Part shown: positions 24,561 through 36,385 of the stretch, one piece after another
Position numbering within the stretch: position 1 is the stretch's first letter
How the letters are laid out: every line of letters starts with the position of its first letter
Assembly: GCF_006345805.1 (NCBI RefSeq)
Contig: NC_043006.1
Coordinates: forward strand, 53,754,001-53,818,000
Reading direction: 5' to 3'
Source of the DNA: Octopus sinensis
Lineage: Eukaryota
Length of the DNA: 64,000 bases
The notes under the pieces: generated by a model
The model's input: only the letters and a program-made list of their open reading frames with translations
Told to the model about the DNA's origin: nothing
The model's database searches: none
Position numbers and translations under genes: made by a program

Positions 24561-25436
24561 ATATAGTAACAGTCATGTACACAACTTGGACGGACACATA
24601 CCAGTACACGGACATACGTACACACACACAGACGCGTCTGCCCATTATCCTAGAAACTCACATACATACATAGCACATAAGTACAAACATAGATACATAC
24701 ATGCGTATGGGCATACACACGTACATACGTATATATATATATAACTTGAACTAACTAAATGTAAGTTGGGGGGGGGGATTAGTAATAGTAAAACAAAAGT
24801 TTTGAGATATAGAGATAAGTGGCTGATAATAGGTTTTAGAGTTTTGTCGTGGGGGTAAGAGTCGTAAATCACTTCCTAGTTTCAGCGGGGGGAGGTTGAA
24901 ATTTGATATTGTTGTGATGAGTGGTCAGTCTCCACCTATCCATCACTACAGGTTTATAGCTTTAAGTTTAGTGTGTGGGGGGGTGGGTGAGTGGGGGGTG
25001 GGTGAGTGGGGTGGGTGAGTGGGGGTGGGGTGAGTGGGGGTGTATGTGTGTGCGTGTCTGCGTACACACATACATGCATACATACATACATACATACATA
25101 CATACATACATACAACATACATACACACATGTGTATGTACATACATACATGCATGCATACATGCGTGCATACATACATACACACATACAAACGTACAAAT
25201 ATATATAACGAACTAACTGTTACTTTCTCAGATGCAGCACGGATTTTTGTCAGTGAACAGGTCGTGGTCTTAAAGCGACGAAAATATTTTGACAAATTAA
25301 ACTTAGATGTTGAAGTGAATCGAACGGCTTTTGTGTGTTTCTTAAATGGCTTACAAACACCTTCCACGCTGCAATTGTTTTCGTTTCAGCACACGATCTC
25401 AGTTCAAATTACTTGCTATGCGAGTACATCTCCGTA

Positions 25437-25897
<461 letters not shown>

Positions 25898-25898
<1 letters not shown>

Positions 25899-27200
25899 GA
25901 TTGATTGATTGATTGATTGATTGATTCTAGTTTCAGCTTATGAGCTGTGGCCATGCTGGGGCACCGCCATTTGGTGTTGCTACTTGGTTTCACTTCATGG
26001 AGGCTTTCTAGCAACTGCTATTTGGTGCATGAGAGAGTTCGATGCAGCTGCCCTCATCTGCCCCTCCTGCCGTGAAGTTGGTTCATCTGGGACACCTGAC
26101 AGGAAGAGATCCAGCTTCATTTTAAAGACATCTGTATCCACCCCATGCAGGTCTCTCAGGTTCTTCGGGAGGATATTGAAGAGCTGTGGGCCTCGGAAGC
26201 CCAGGCTATCACAGAATCTTGTCCTACATCTTGATGGCAGGTTTGGAGTCCTAGGCACCACGCAGTGGCGCCCAGTTCTGGCATTTGCGTAACTCTCGAT
26301 GCCAAAGTTCAGGACACTTCCCTCCAGGATCTTCCAGATGTATATTATGGCATATCTTTCCCGCCTACGCTCCAGGGAATATAATTTTAATCTCTTGAGT
26401 CTTTCCCAGTAGCTTACATTCTGCATAGAGGCTATCTTCTTTGTGTAGCTTCGTTGGGTCGCCTCAAGTTCTGTGATCAACTTGACACTGGATGGTGACC
26501 ATAGCTGAGAGCAATAGTCAAAGTGGCTTAGGACAAGTGTCTTCCAGAGGACCATCATGGTTTCTTGTTCTCTTGTTCTAAAGGTTCTAAGAATCCATCC
26601 AGCCACGTCTACATTTCAGTGTCAGTTTAGCAACATGTACATGAAAGGTCGCGTCATCACTCATGTGAATACCCAGGTCACGCACTGATTGTGCCTCTGG
26701 GATTGCAATCCCTCCGGGTCCAGTGTATTCATTGGGTATTGCATTCAGTTTTGCATGCTGATAGTATAAAGCTTGAAACTTTCCAGCATTGAACTGCATG
26801 CTATTCTTTTCAGCCCACTTGTATATTTCGTCCAGCTCACATTGCAGGTGTTTAGTGTCCTCAGGGTTCTGTATTGCCTGTGAAACTTTTGTATCATCTG
26901 CATAACTTGTGATCGTGGCTCTCTGCGTGGCTGAGGGCATGTCTGAGAGGGCCATTATGAACAGTAGTGGTCCCAGAACAGTGCCCTGCGGAACACCGCT
27001 CACTATTTGTGTGTTAATGGAGGTGGCCCCATTGGCTACTACCACCTGACTTCTATCCTTCAGAAAGTCATGAAGCCATTCTCCCAGTTTTCCAACTATG
27101 TTGAGATCACGCAGTTTGTGACATATCATTCCATGATCGACTTTATCAAAGGCCTTTGCAAAGTCGAGATATATCACTTCCACATTTGAGTGGTTGAGCA
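25898..27200 (-). mobile_element. CR1-clade LINE, 5'-truncated ORF2 (RT and C-terminus), (ATCA)n tail
   Basis: VIYLDFAKAFDKVDH, SGVPQGTVLGPLLF, YADDTK, YCSQLWSP and LKLYSLERRRER. Frameshift near 26600; stop at 25995. Confidence 0.93.
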
Positions 27201-27227
27201 GCCGTTTTTTTAATATATATATATTTA

Positions 27228-27623
27228 CTAGCAGTATCGCCCGGCGTTGCTCGGGTTTGTAAGGGAAATAACTATATAAGCATTTTTAGAGATGTAAAGT
27301 ATAATAGCCATCTCAATATGGCTAACCACAAAGGGGTGGGGTGTTACTGTAGCTTTTTACGTTCTGAGATTTAATAATAAATTTTTAGAGAGTTACTTCC
27401 CTTATATATGCCAAAAAAGGCATTCAAAATGGGAAAAATTGATGCTAATTTTTTTTTTAAATCGTAGACTCATCGTAGACGCGCACTAATACCCAGAAAG
27501 GCTCGATATGAATCACGACTATAAGATACCCGGTTTTGGTTAAACTGCACCGCAAAATGTGGGAGTAGTTAGGAATCTAAATCGTAGGAGACAGACAGCA
27601 CAGAACCTCACTTTTATATATAA

Positions 27624-27626
<3 letters not shown>
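27228..27626 (-). mobile_element. Non-autonomous Helitron
   Basis: Minus strand has a 5' TC (ATCTTTATATATAAAAG) and a 3' hairpin CCCGAGCAACGCCGGG...CTAG, inserted between A and T. Confidence 0.88.
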
Positions 27627-27696
<70 letters not shown>

Positions 27697-27725
27697 TGGA
27701 AGGTTTGGAGATGATGTACAGGTAT

Positions 27726-27940
27726 TATATATTAGAAGAAATGAGGTAATCAGAAGATCGGATGGTTTATATTTAGAGATATTTATTCAAACTTAGTTTG
27801 ATTTGAAAGCCCCACTAGAATGGGAGAAAGCGCTAATGGTCTAAGTGATATGATATATATATATAAAAATGTAATATCTGAATAAATATCAGTAAATATA
27901 AACCATCCGACCTTCTGATTACCTCATTTCTTCCAATATA
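27726..27940. repeat. ~60-bp inverted repeat pair within (TA)n
   Basis: 27726-27788 is the near-perfect reverse complement of 27880-27940. Confidence 0.85.
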
Positions 27941-27999
27941 TATATATATATATAAGTATATATATGTATGTAATATGTATATATATATATATATATATA

Positions 28000-28069
<70 letters not shown>

Positions 28070-28138
28070 TACTTACATATATATATACTTTTATATATAT
28101 ATATATAAAAAAAAGTATATATATATGTATGTAATATG

Positions 28139-28179
<41 letters not shown>

Positions 28180-28180
<1 letters not shown>

Positions 28181-28612
28181 GGATGAGGCGGTCAAGCATG
28201 ACCTTCAAACGCTGGGCCTCACGGAGGCAATGACGAAAGACCAAGACTTCTGGAGATGTGCTGTGAATTCAAAGACCTGACGAATGAAGTGAGTTCATGG
28301 CTCGCAAGCACGTTAAAAGCACCATCCGAACATGAGCGATGCCAGCGCCACTTTGACTGGCGTCCGTGTCGGTGGCACGTAAAAACTACCTACTGATCGT
28401 GGCCGTTACCAGCCTCCTCTGGCCCCTGTGACGGGGGCACGTAAAAGGCACCCACTACACCCACGGAGTGGTTGGCGTTAAGAAGGGCATCCAGCTGTAG
28501 AAACACTGCGAGATCCGACAGGAACCTGGTGCAGCCTCCTGGCTTTCCAGACACGGTCGAACCGTCCAACCCATGCTAGCATGGAAAACGGACGTTAAAC
28601 GATTATGATGAT
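28180..28612 (+). mobile_element. RTE LINE 3' end (ORF end, iterated 3' UTR units, GAT tail)
   Basis: [22 protein letters not shown], then ...GGAAAACGGACGTTAAACGAT. Confidence 0.85.
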
Positions 28613-28919
28613 GAAATATGTACACATATATACATGCATACATATATTTATACATATATTTATACACTATATATATACATACATACATATATATATATAT
28701 ATACATATACATATTCATATACATATGCATATACATCTATACACATGTCCAAAATGGTCATGACTTCTGGTACTTGACTGATGAAAGAAAGCCAAGTATG
28801 ACCCATCTTTTTTTGCCTGTCCTTCTAAATGTTGTTTCTCTTGTCCGCCTTTGTGTTGTCTATCTGTCCGAACGTTTTAATACCTTCTACTGTGTTTCTG
28901 TTGCATTTATCTATCTATA

Positions 28920-29010
<91 letters not shown>

Positions 29011-29157
29011 AGATGTATGTACACATATACATGCATATATATTATATTTATTTATATATATATATATGTATATATGTGTGAGTTTGTGTGTGTGTCTGTG
29101 TTTGTATATTTGTGCATGTATATATATATATGAGATAACAGTTTCACTTTTTATAGC

Positions 29158-29205
29158 TTCAGTTTTAATAGTTTCACTATTAATAGTGAAACTATTAAAA
29201 CTGAA
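29158..29205. repeat. Perfect 48-bp palindrome with no spacer
   Basis: TTCAGTTTTAATAGTTTCACTATT|AATAGTGAAACTATTAAAACTGAA. Confidence 0.95.
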
Positions 29206-29707
29206 ATATAACACATCAAATCCTTAATACACTTGCGTGCTACGAAGCCTGCACTTATTGAATTAATTTACATTACATACATACATTACATACATATATA
29301 CACATCTACATCAACTTGTCTTTAAGACATGCGAAGACTTGGCAAGTGATATAGGAAACGGGAAAACACATTCGCACATAACACTGTATAACACACATTC
29401 GGTTCACACTTCTATACGCTCTAATCTTCATTTCTATTCTACCTTGAGTAGCGAATGCATCCATCATGTTTACCCTGACAAAACTTATTCTACTTATAAA
29501 CAAGTCACGCTATTTTATTTTAATTTTATACAATTACTCGACTGTAATGTAGACGAAAAAAAAGGGATCATTTTCTCCTCCTTAGAATTTCTGCTATTTT
29601 TGAAGGACTTTCGTCTTTTTTTTTTTTCTTTTTTTCAAGAAAGTTGTTCCCGAAAGTTATGGCGGATAGTTCCTCAAAAAATTCCTCGCTCTTTGGAATC
29701 AAAGAAT

Positions 29708-29930
29708 GGATCTTTACCTTTTGACCGGCAGATTTAGAAAACTTTTTTTGTAACTAAACACTTTCAAACTTCGGACACTTGTAGAATGTGTCACATAAAA
29801 CATCTATTACTCTTAGCGTTTTTTGAGAAAAGTTTATGTTTACGAAGCTATTTCGTATTAAAGTTCTCATATTTCGGTAATTTCAACCAATCAATGACGT
29901 GTATTCAGCTGAATAAAATTACTTCTGTTT
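29708..29930. mobile_element. Old partial copy of the 31231-31636 MITE
   Basis: GGATCTTTACCTTTTGACCGGCAG resembles the TIR, and TTTCAACCAATCAATGACGT matches the MITE interior. Confidence 0.6.
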
Positions 29931-30189
29931 GTCAACACCAACTTTCGGCGGTATATATATTTCGTTTGCCACTATTATTTACGACATATTTCATCTCAGT
30001 TATGTTTGTATGAATAAACGAGTGTATCTGAAGCATGTTTATTCCATGGCACCACCATAATCGTTCGTGCATTTCTATTGCTTTTAGTTTTTTTGTTGTT
30101 GTTGTTTTTTTTTTTTTCTGTTTCTCAGCTACTATTTTCAGAAAGACATTATTGCCACCCCTACCCCTCTAATTTCTTCATTTGTTTTT

Positions 30190-30289
30190 CCGTAACGTAA
30201 ACGAAATATACACCGCCGGAAGTGTCGGCCTTTTTATCATGGTGGAAAATTGTGTGGGTAAATAACGTTATACCGAAGGATTACGACAG
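30190..30289 (+). promoter_or_regulatory. Putative promoter and 5' UTR exon of the CLCC1-like gene
   Basis: ETS-type CCGGAAGT at 30216-30223, local CpG enrichment, candidate donors at 30258 (GG|GTAAAT) and 30290 (AG|GTATTC). The next exon has an acceptor 21 nt before the ATG. Confidence 0.5.
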
Positions 30290-31230
30290 GTATTCTTTCT
30301 TTACAAACAGCATAGTTGTGAAACTCGATCATATGGGATCATATGATTGTTCGTGAATTTCCATAAAATTTTTTTATCTCTCTATTCCTATTTGAATGGT
30401 GACATTTGTTTTGATGTGACAGCAGGTGGAAGATAGACGAGTGTGTGTCTTTGTGTATGTGTGAGTGAGTAAAGACGTGTTTTTCTGCTACATAGTTTCT
30501 CTTAAATGTTTGTGGATTTTTTTGCAGATTAATTAATCTTTGCACTTTTTATATTTTTTGTACAAAAAATAATCAACGTCCATATATACGCGTATACTTA
30601 CACCCTGTTACACGCAAGCACCTTGATATTTGTGCCTTCATTGACTTGTTTTCTTTGTTGGATATCTAATCATGCTCTCTGCACACTTGCTTCACGGCGC
30701 AACTTACCTCTGTAAGACCACAGGATGGTCACAGTAGACATAGAGAAAGTTTGCCTATCTCAACAAGCCAGCATGTCACATTTTGTTGCCATGCTAAACC
30801 CACAGCAAATGTACATGACCACAAAGCCTGACACACTTGGCCTCTGCACTTCTTTTAAGGCACTTTACACAGCATACATACTTTTTCAGTCATATCATTG
30901 ATTGCGATGCACTCTGTTGTCTCAGCTCCTTTCACTGAAAATCCTCAGGTGAATGTCTTCTGCATTTTATACACAATCCATTACTGAATCATGTGCATGC
31001 TCACTTAACACTGCCTCTGAAGGCAAAGCCAGGCTGTGCACTATACACACGAAGCGACATTGAATTACTTAGAACCACTCAAATAGATATCTATCCTGTA
31101 TACATCACCTCAGATTCTCTTTCCTAGTATGATTTTTCTTGGCTTAACATCACACTTTCCAGTCACAACATTGAACAGTCATCAATTCACATAGTGCACA
31201 TTCCTGCAATTTTTACTGTCATCAATATTT

Positions 31231-31636
31231 GGATCTTTTCGGTTTGAACGGCAGTTTTTAACATAATTTCTAGGTAACTAAAAAATTTTAAACTTCGTAT
31301 ACTGGTAGAATGTGTTTATAAAACATCTTTTTCTCTTGGCTTTATTGAGAAAATTCTATAGTTTGTAAGATATTTGTTTTTTTTCTTCAATTTCTGCAAT
31401 TTCAACCAATCAGTGACGTCTATTGAGTTAAAAAGCATTCTGTGCAGTATGAATATGTCCCTCGTTTAAGAAACAGATTGGGTTTATTTACATTTGTGAA
31501 GAAAAAAAGATACCTTCCCCCACCCCTAACCCTAAAAGAGATTGAAATGCAATAGATCGATTCTAGGGTCATAATTGTGGGTGACAATTTCATATGACAC
31601 CGCTAGAAAAAACTGCCATTCAAACCGAAAAGATCC
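31231..31636. mobile_element. MULE-type MITE
   Basis: ~29-bp TIRs GGATCTTTTCGGTTTGAACGGCAGTTTTT/AAAAAACTGCCATTCAAACCGAAAAGATCC; perfect 9-bp TSD TCAATATTT. Confidence 0.9.
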
Positions 31637-32219
31637 TCAATATTTTATCCTCGGCAAATTATCTGGAGGTAAAATGATGTAACAAACAGCTACAAATTTC
31701 TGAACCAGAATATGAAACTGAATCCACATTTTTCCGCATTGTCAAATAAGTAATTGGCCTAATGCTTTTACCTTTCTTGCACAAAGAGATTAATGAGAAT
31801 AAATGAACCTCTTAGACCTTTTCAAGTTATTCATGGGTCAAACTTGTTACAGAGGAGAAATCCCATCGTTTTAGCTTAACCTAATTTAGTTAGCAAGAAT
31901 ATAAATACACAACCAAATGTCAGTTGATCTCTTTGGTAATTCAGCTTCTTCTTCATTCTATCAATGATGAAGAAAGAAATCAGCGACTTTATGCAAGGAA
32001 CAATACAACCCTTACCATTTTTATCAGCCTTACTCTTGTCCCTTTCTCTAGTAGTGGCAGGGATCAAACTAACTACCAGCTATCATACAAAATGGTCTCA
32101 AAACCTACAAATAACTTGTGTACCCAAACAGCAATAAAATGTTATTTTCTATATTGTAACGACTAACATTATAATCATCTTCAACATTGTAACAACAAAT
32201 TTTTTATATTTTTTTATGC

Positions 32220-32492
32220 GCTCTTTTCAAGCCTAGCCAGGCTCATGGGTACGGTTTCCCAGTTTCTATGGCGTTCCCCCCAGCTGGACAGGATGCCAGT
32301 CCATCGCAGTGTTACTCAAGAAACAGGAAGAAAGAGCGAGAGAAATTTGGGGCGAAAGAGCACTACGGGTTGCCTCGTGGAGCTTTAGGTGTTTTTGCTC
32401 AATAAACACACACAACGCCCGGTCTGGGAATCGAAGCCACAATCCTCCAACTGCGAGTCTGCTGCCCTAACCACTGGGCCATTGCACCTCCA
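32220..32492 (-). mobile_element. tRNA-headed SINE (distinct family)
   Basis: Reverse complement has TGGCCCAGTGG (A box), GGCTTCGATTCCC (B box) and GATGGACTGGCATCCTGTCCAG. Confidence 0.75.
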
Positions 32493-33269
32493 AACAACTA
32501 ATGTAATGACATTAAATAAATGGCCATTTTAATGATTGAATAATATTGTTCTTCACTTATTCCAAAATTGGTCTAATGCGTCGTTGTGTTGAGCTTTGTC
32601 ATTGTAGCTGCTGACTTTGTTGTCGTAATTGATGATTTTCAAATAAAGAATAATAGCCTTCTACCCTCAACTACAAGATTTTATACTATAAATACCATTG
32701 TTAAACTTTCATAATTGTTCATCTGCACAATACAATTTGTCAGTGAGTTCAATATCCTCTCCATAACCAAGAGGATGTCAAATGCAAGGAAGAAGGCCGT
32801 AATTTTGGAGTAAAAGTAATTGTTTCATGTATTTGCTTTTCTTAATATTTGATACACTTTTGTAGTTAATAGTCAGGTTAATTAAGGAATGTAGTCAAAA
32901 TAATTAGTGGATCCAAATAGTGACAACATCACACTGGATTCTTTATGGCACTCTACTGTGCACTAGTTTACTTTAGTTCCTTAACAGTTTTATTTGTAAG
33001 AAAAACATTTCACTTTCTCATGGGGGCCCCAGAAATGAAGGCAAACCATAAAATGTTTTGCAGATATATCCATTGATCAACCCAAGGCTATAAAAGATGT
33101 TATTTGCCCAAAATGTAGAATATAGGACTAAGTCCTGAAGCATATGGCTGCAATATGAATTTCTTAATCACAGCCATATGTATGTGTGTGTGCCTGTGTG
33201 TACTATTTGTAATTTTATAATTAATTTTTTTTCCATTGTATTTTCCAGGTCCTTTCAATCAAAAGCATA

Positions 33270-33359
33270 ATGAAGCCATCTAAAATGTATTTAACTTTGG
33301 TCCAGATCCTTACACTGACTTGTATTTTAAACCAGCACACTGTCCATTCTGATTTATGG
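33270..33359 (+). CDS. CLCC1: CLCC1-like coding exon 1 (signal peptide MKPSKMYLTLVQILTLTCILNQHTVHSDLW)
   Basis: Acceptor TTTCCAG at 33248, ATG at 33270, donor TGG|GTATGA; phase 0. Confidence 0.75.
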
Positions 33360-34303
33360 GTATGAAATGTATTTTATGTTCATTTAATTTTTCTTATTTT
33401 TGTAAATGATTTTTTTAAAGAGTTGATGGGCAGTGCTCTTAACCTTTGAAGTCCTTCTCATAACAATTGGATTGATGCAATAGATGTCTTCAGCTTGAAT
33501 ATCTGTGGGGAAAGAAGGATCCAAAGTTTGATCCAAATTCTTGCATCAGAGTTGTATCTATTGAAGGTACCCATGGGCAGAAAGCATATTGTGCCTGCCA
33601 CTTGGCAAAGGCTGTCTTTTGGTCATTATCTTCATGCACACATACACACACACACGTGAAAAATATACAAAATGTTGGATAACATTGTTAGTAGTACAAT
33701 GGAAAATATTCTCAAATATCATTATTAACATTTAACATCTTAACTCCATACTGACATATTTTGGCTAGATAAAGACTGTCTTCAATGTGTCTCAGTTCTC
33801 TGTGGTCCAGATATTCAGGTACGACTTCATAACTCATACCTGAGTTTTCTTTAGTCTCTTTTTGCCATAATTCATGTATAGGTGACTGAAACCTGGGATG
33901 TAATTTAACTGTACAATATCACTCAATTTAAGATGCTAGGCTAGCTACAGGGCATAGAGTCATAACTACAAGCATTATTATAGTTATCTTCTCACGGAAT
34001 TATTCTTCTTTCAATTAGCTTGGAAAATAACAAGTCCCAATCTTGCTTCAAGTCTTCCAACAAATGCTATTATTTAAATTTTCAAAAAAATGCCTCCTTC
34101 CCTGTATAGAGATAATAATATATAACAGAAATTTGGCAACCAATTTTAGTTGGTACTGTAAAAACCACAACTATTTTTACTGTGTAGCCATTTAAACTTA
34201 GTGACATTTCATAGACAGATCATATTGTTTACTCTGCTTAAATAGAAAAGATTATTCTATTTACATGTTTGGTATAGTTGTAAATATTGTTTTTTATTAA
34301 CAG

Positions 34304-34396
34304 GAGAGATTTCCAAATATTGAACAGACATGTTCTCAAGACCTGGTAGTGAAACAATTTGTGAGAAAGTTGCTGTCAAAATTACCAGATGTAAAG
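34304..34396 (+). CDS. CLCC1: CLCC1-like coding exon 2 (ERFPNIEQTCSQDLVVKQFVRKLLSKLPDVK)
   Basis: AACAG| and AAG|GTAATG, 93 bp open. Resembles the vertebrate PVFRRYLNKIL segment as recalled. Confidence 0.8.
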
Positions 34397-34959
34397 GTAA
34401 TGTAAAAATTTATTCAAAATAAAAAGGTTGGCAGTTAAATCTTATTTTCCTTATTACCTACTATAAAAGTGTTAGAGAAAGCACTTATAAATAGCTTACA
34501 ATGTAAATTTTCATTTTTGTCTCCTATTTTAATGGCTAATCCAAATTGAAAATTCCACCAAATTTATACTGCTTGTTGTTAGCATCAGTTGTTTGTATCC
34601 ACTAATAGTATTTGTTCTTTCTAAATGTCTATTGTTAGGCCAAATCTAGGCTGACAATACCTCTTCAAGAAGATAAGCACCCATCTCCTCTTATTGAATT
34701 TTGTCCATCCTAGCCTTTCTAAACCTGAATTCAGAAACCTCAGGAAATTAATGATACTCCATATATCACCTGTTGGATTTATTGCATTCACCAATCCAAT
34801 CTTGAATTTCTTATTCTAACACTGCCAACTTCCTAGAATCTGAAAACAAGCAAAATTATGACAATTTTAGAACATAGAAATACAACTGAAACTGCACTAC
34901 ACTGATCCAGCACCTTGATAGGTACATCCTAAAACAATTGTCCTTGATATCACCTATCT

Positions 34960-35130
34960 ACACATTCTTTCTGACTCACAACTTGGATTCAGATCACTAC
35001 AGTCACATATCATACTAATCATGAAATTTACACAAAAAATACTAGACTTCCACAACACCAGAAAAAGACCCCTCCATTTTAACTACCATTGACTTCAGCA
35101 AAGCTTTTTGACTATTTCCTGCTAGCCACT
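34960..35130 (+). pseudogene. Degenerate LINE RT fragment
   Basis: SDSQLGFRS and IDFSKAF-like motifs. Confidence 0.5.
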
Positions 35131-35689
35131 ATAATCAAAATACTCAATGCCCAGTTAAAAAACATCAAAAAATACTTGCTTGCAAAACTATATCTCAAGT
35201 CATGAAGCATATGGAGTATTTAAGACATCTGGAAGGCACTTGCCTGAGGTGCCATGTATTAGGATTGAACTCAAATTCATGCAGTCACAAAGCAAACTTC
35301 TTAACCACACATCCATGCCTGTGTTTATTAGTATGAGTAACTATTGAAGCAAATCTCTTCCCAGCTAGAAAAACAAATAATACAGAACTTTTACTGATTG
35401 TGGGAAAATGAAAAGGATGTAGCTTCCCATTGCAATAATGGATAACTGAAAGTAATGTCCCCTCTAATTCTTTGCTGTAGTTATGTGTAAAAAATTGCTT
35501 GTGAGCAAATTTTGTCCTATCTTGCAAAGTATGAGTGCTCCCAATCAAGTAACTGTCTTCAATTTTTAGAAATTTGATTTCATCTTGCAAACCTCGGTTA
35601 TGAACAATTTTCCCTTTGTGCACTAATTGTAAAACATACACACACACACACACACAGATTAAAGGGAACATTAACTGAAAATATATTCT

Positions 35690-35905
35690 GGTTAACCTAG
35701 CAAAAACCAAAGTCTTAGTAAATAGGAAGGCAGACAAATCACAAATCCCTTCAGGTAGATGGCCTTGCTCAATTTGTAGAAAAGGTGTATGCAGAAACTC
35801 CATAAGATGCACCCAGTGTAAGCTTTGGACACATAAAAGGTGCAGCAACATCAGAGGAAGATTAACAGGAAAACTTTTGTATGTGGAAGATGCACATAAC
35901 CCAAA
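35690..35905 (+). pseudogene. RTE LINE fragment containing the PHD-like finger
   Basis: VNLAKTKVLVNRKADKSQIPSGRWPCSICRKGVCRNSIRCTQCKLWTHKRCS. Confidence 0.8.
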
Positions 35906-36069
35906 AGAAGGGTTATTAGATAGTATTAGATAAAGATGACAGGTGCAAGATGGTTGTGTGGCTAAAAAATTTGCTTCACAACTATGTGGTTTCAGTTTCT
36001 GTGCCACCGTAACACATACCTTGAGTAACTGTCACTTATCTACCAAAGATCAGATTTACTCCCCTCAAC

Positions 36070-36385
36070 ATACTATTGGATTGGTAAAAAAAAGTGCATA
36101 GCATTTTTTAAGTAAAATTCATTAACAATATTTAGATATTTAAATATTGTTTTTTTCAAAAATGGATTGTTTTTGTTTCATCTGAGAATCACAGATGGAA
36201 ATGTGCTTTAAGTTTTTTTCTATTAAGTTATAAGGCACCCAAATATCATAGTAATTCATGTAACAAAGTATTTTTAAATGCTTTATAACGCTCACATGAA
36301 GTATGTGGAAAATCTCTGTGACGTCTCACTTTGTGTAACATGGATTATTTTTTATTAAAGTCTCGATTTGTTCATTATTGCTGGC
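36070..36385 (-). mobile_element. Mariner remnant (TIR plus HTH fragment)
   Basis: NEQIETLIKNNPCYT on the minus strand; TATTGGATTGG TIR-like end. Confidence 0.5.

Noticed and set aside
28770-28880. CTGATGA...CCGAACGTT hammerhead candidate
   Set aside because: No stem II complementarity and an incomplete GAAA.
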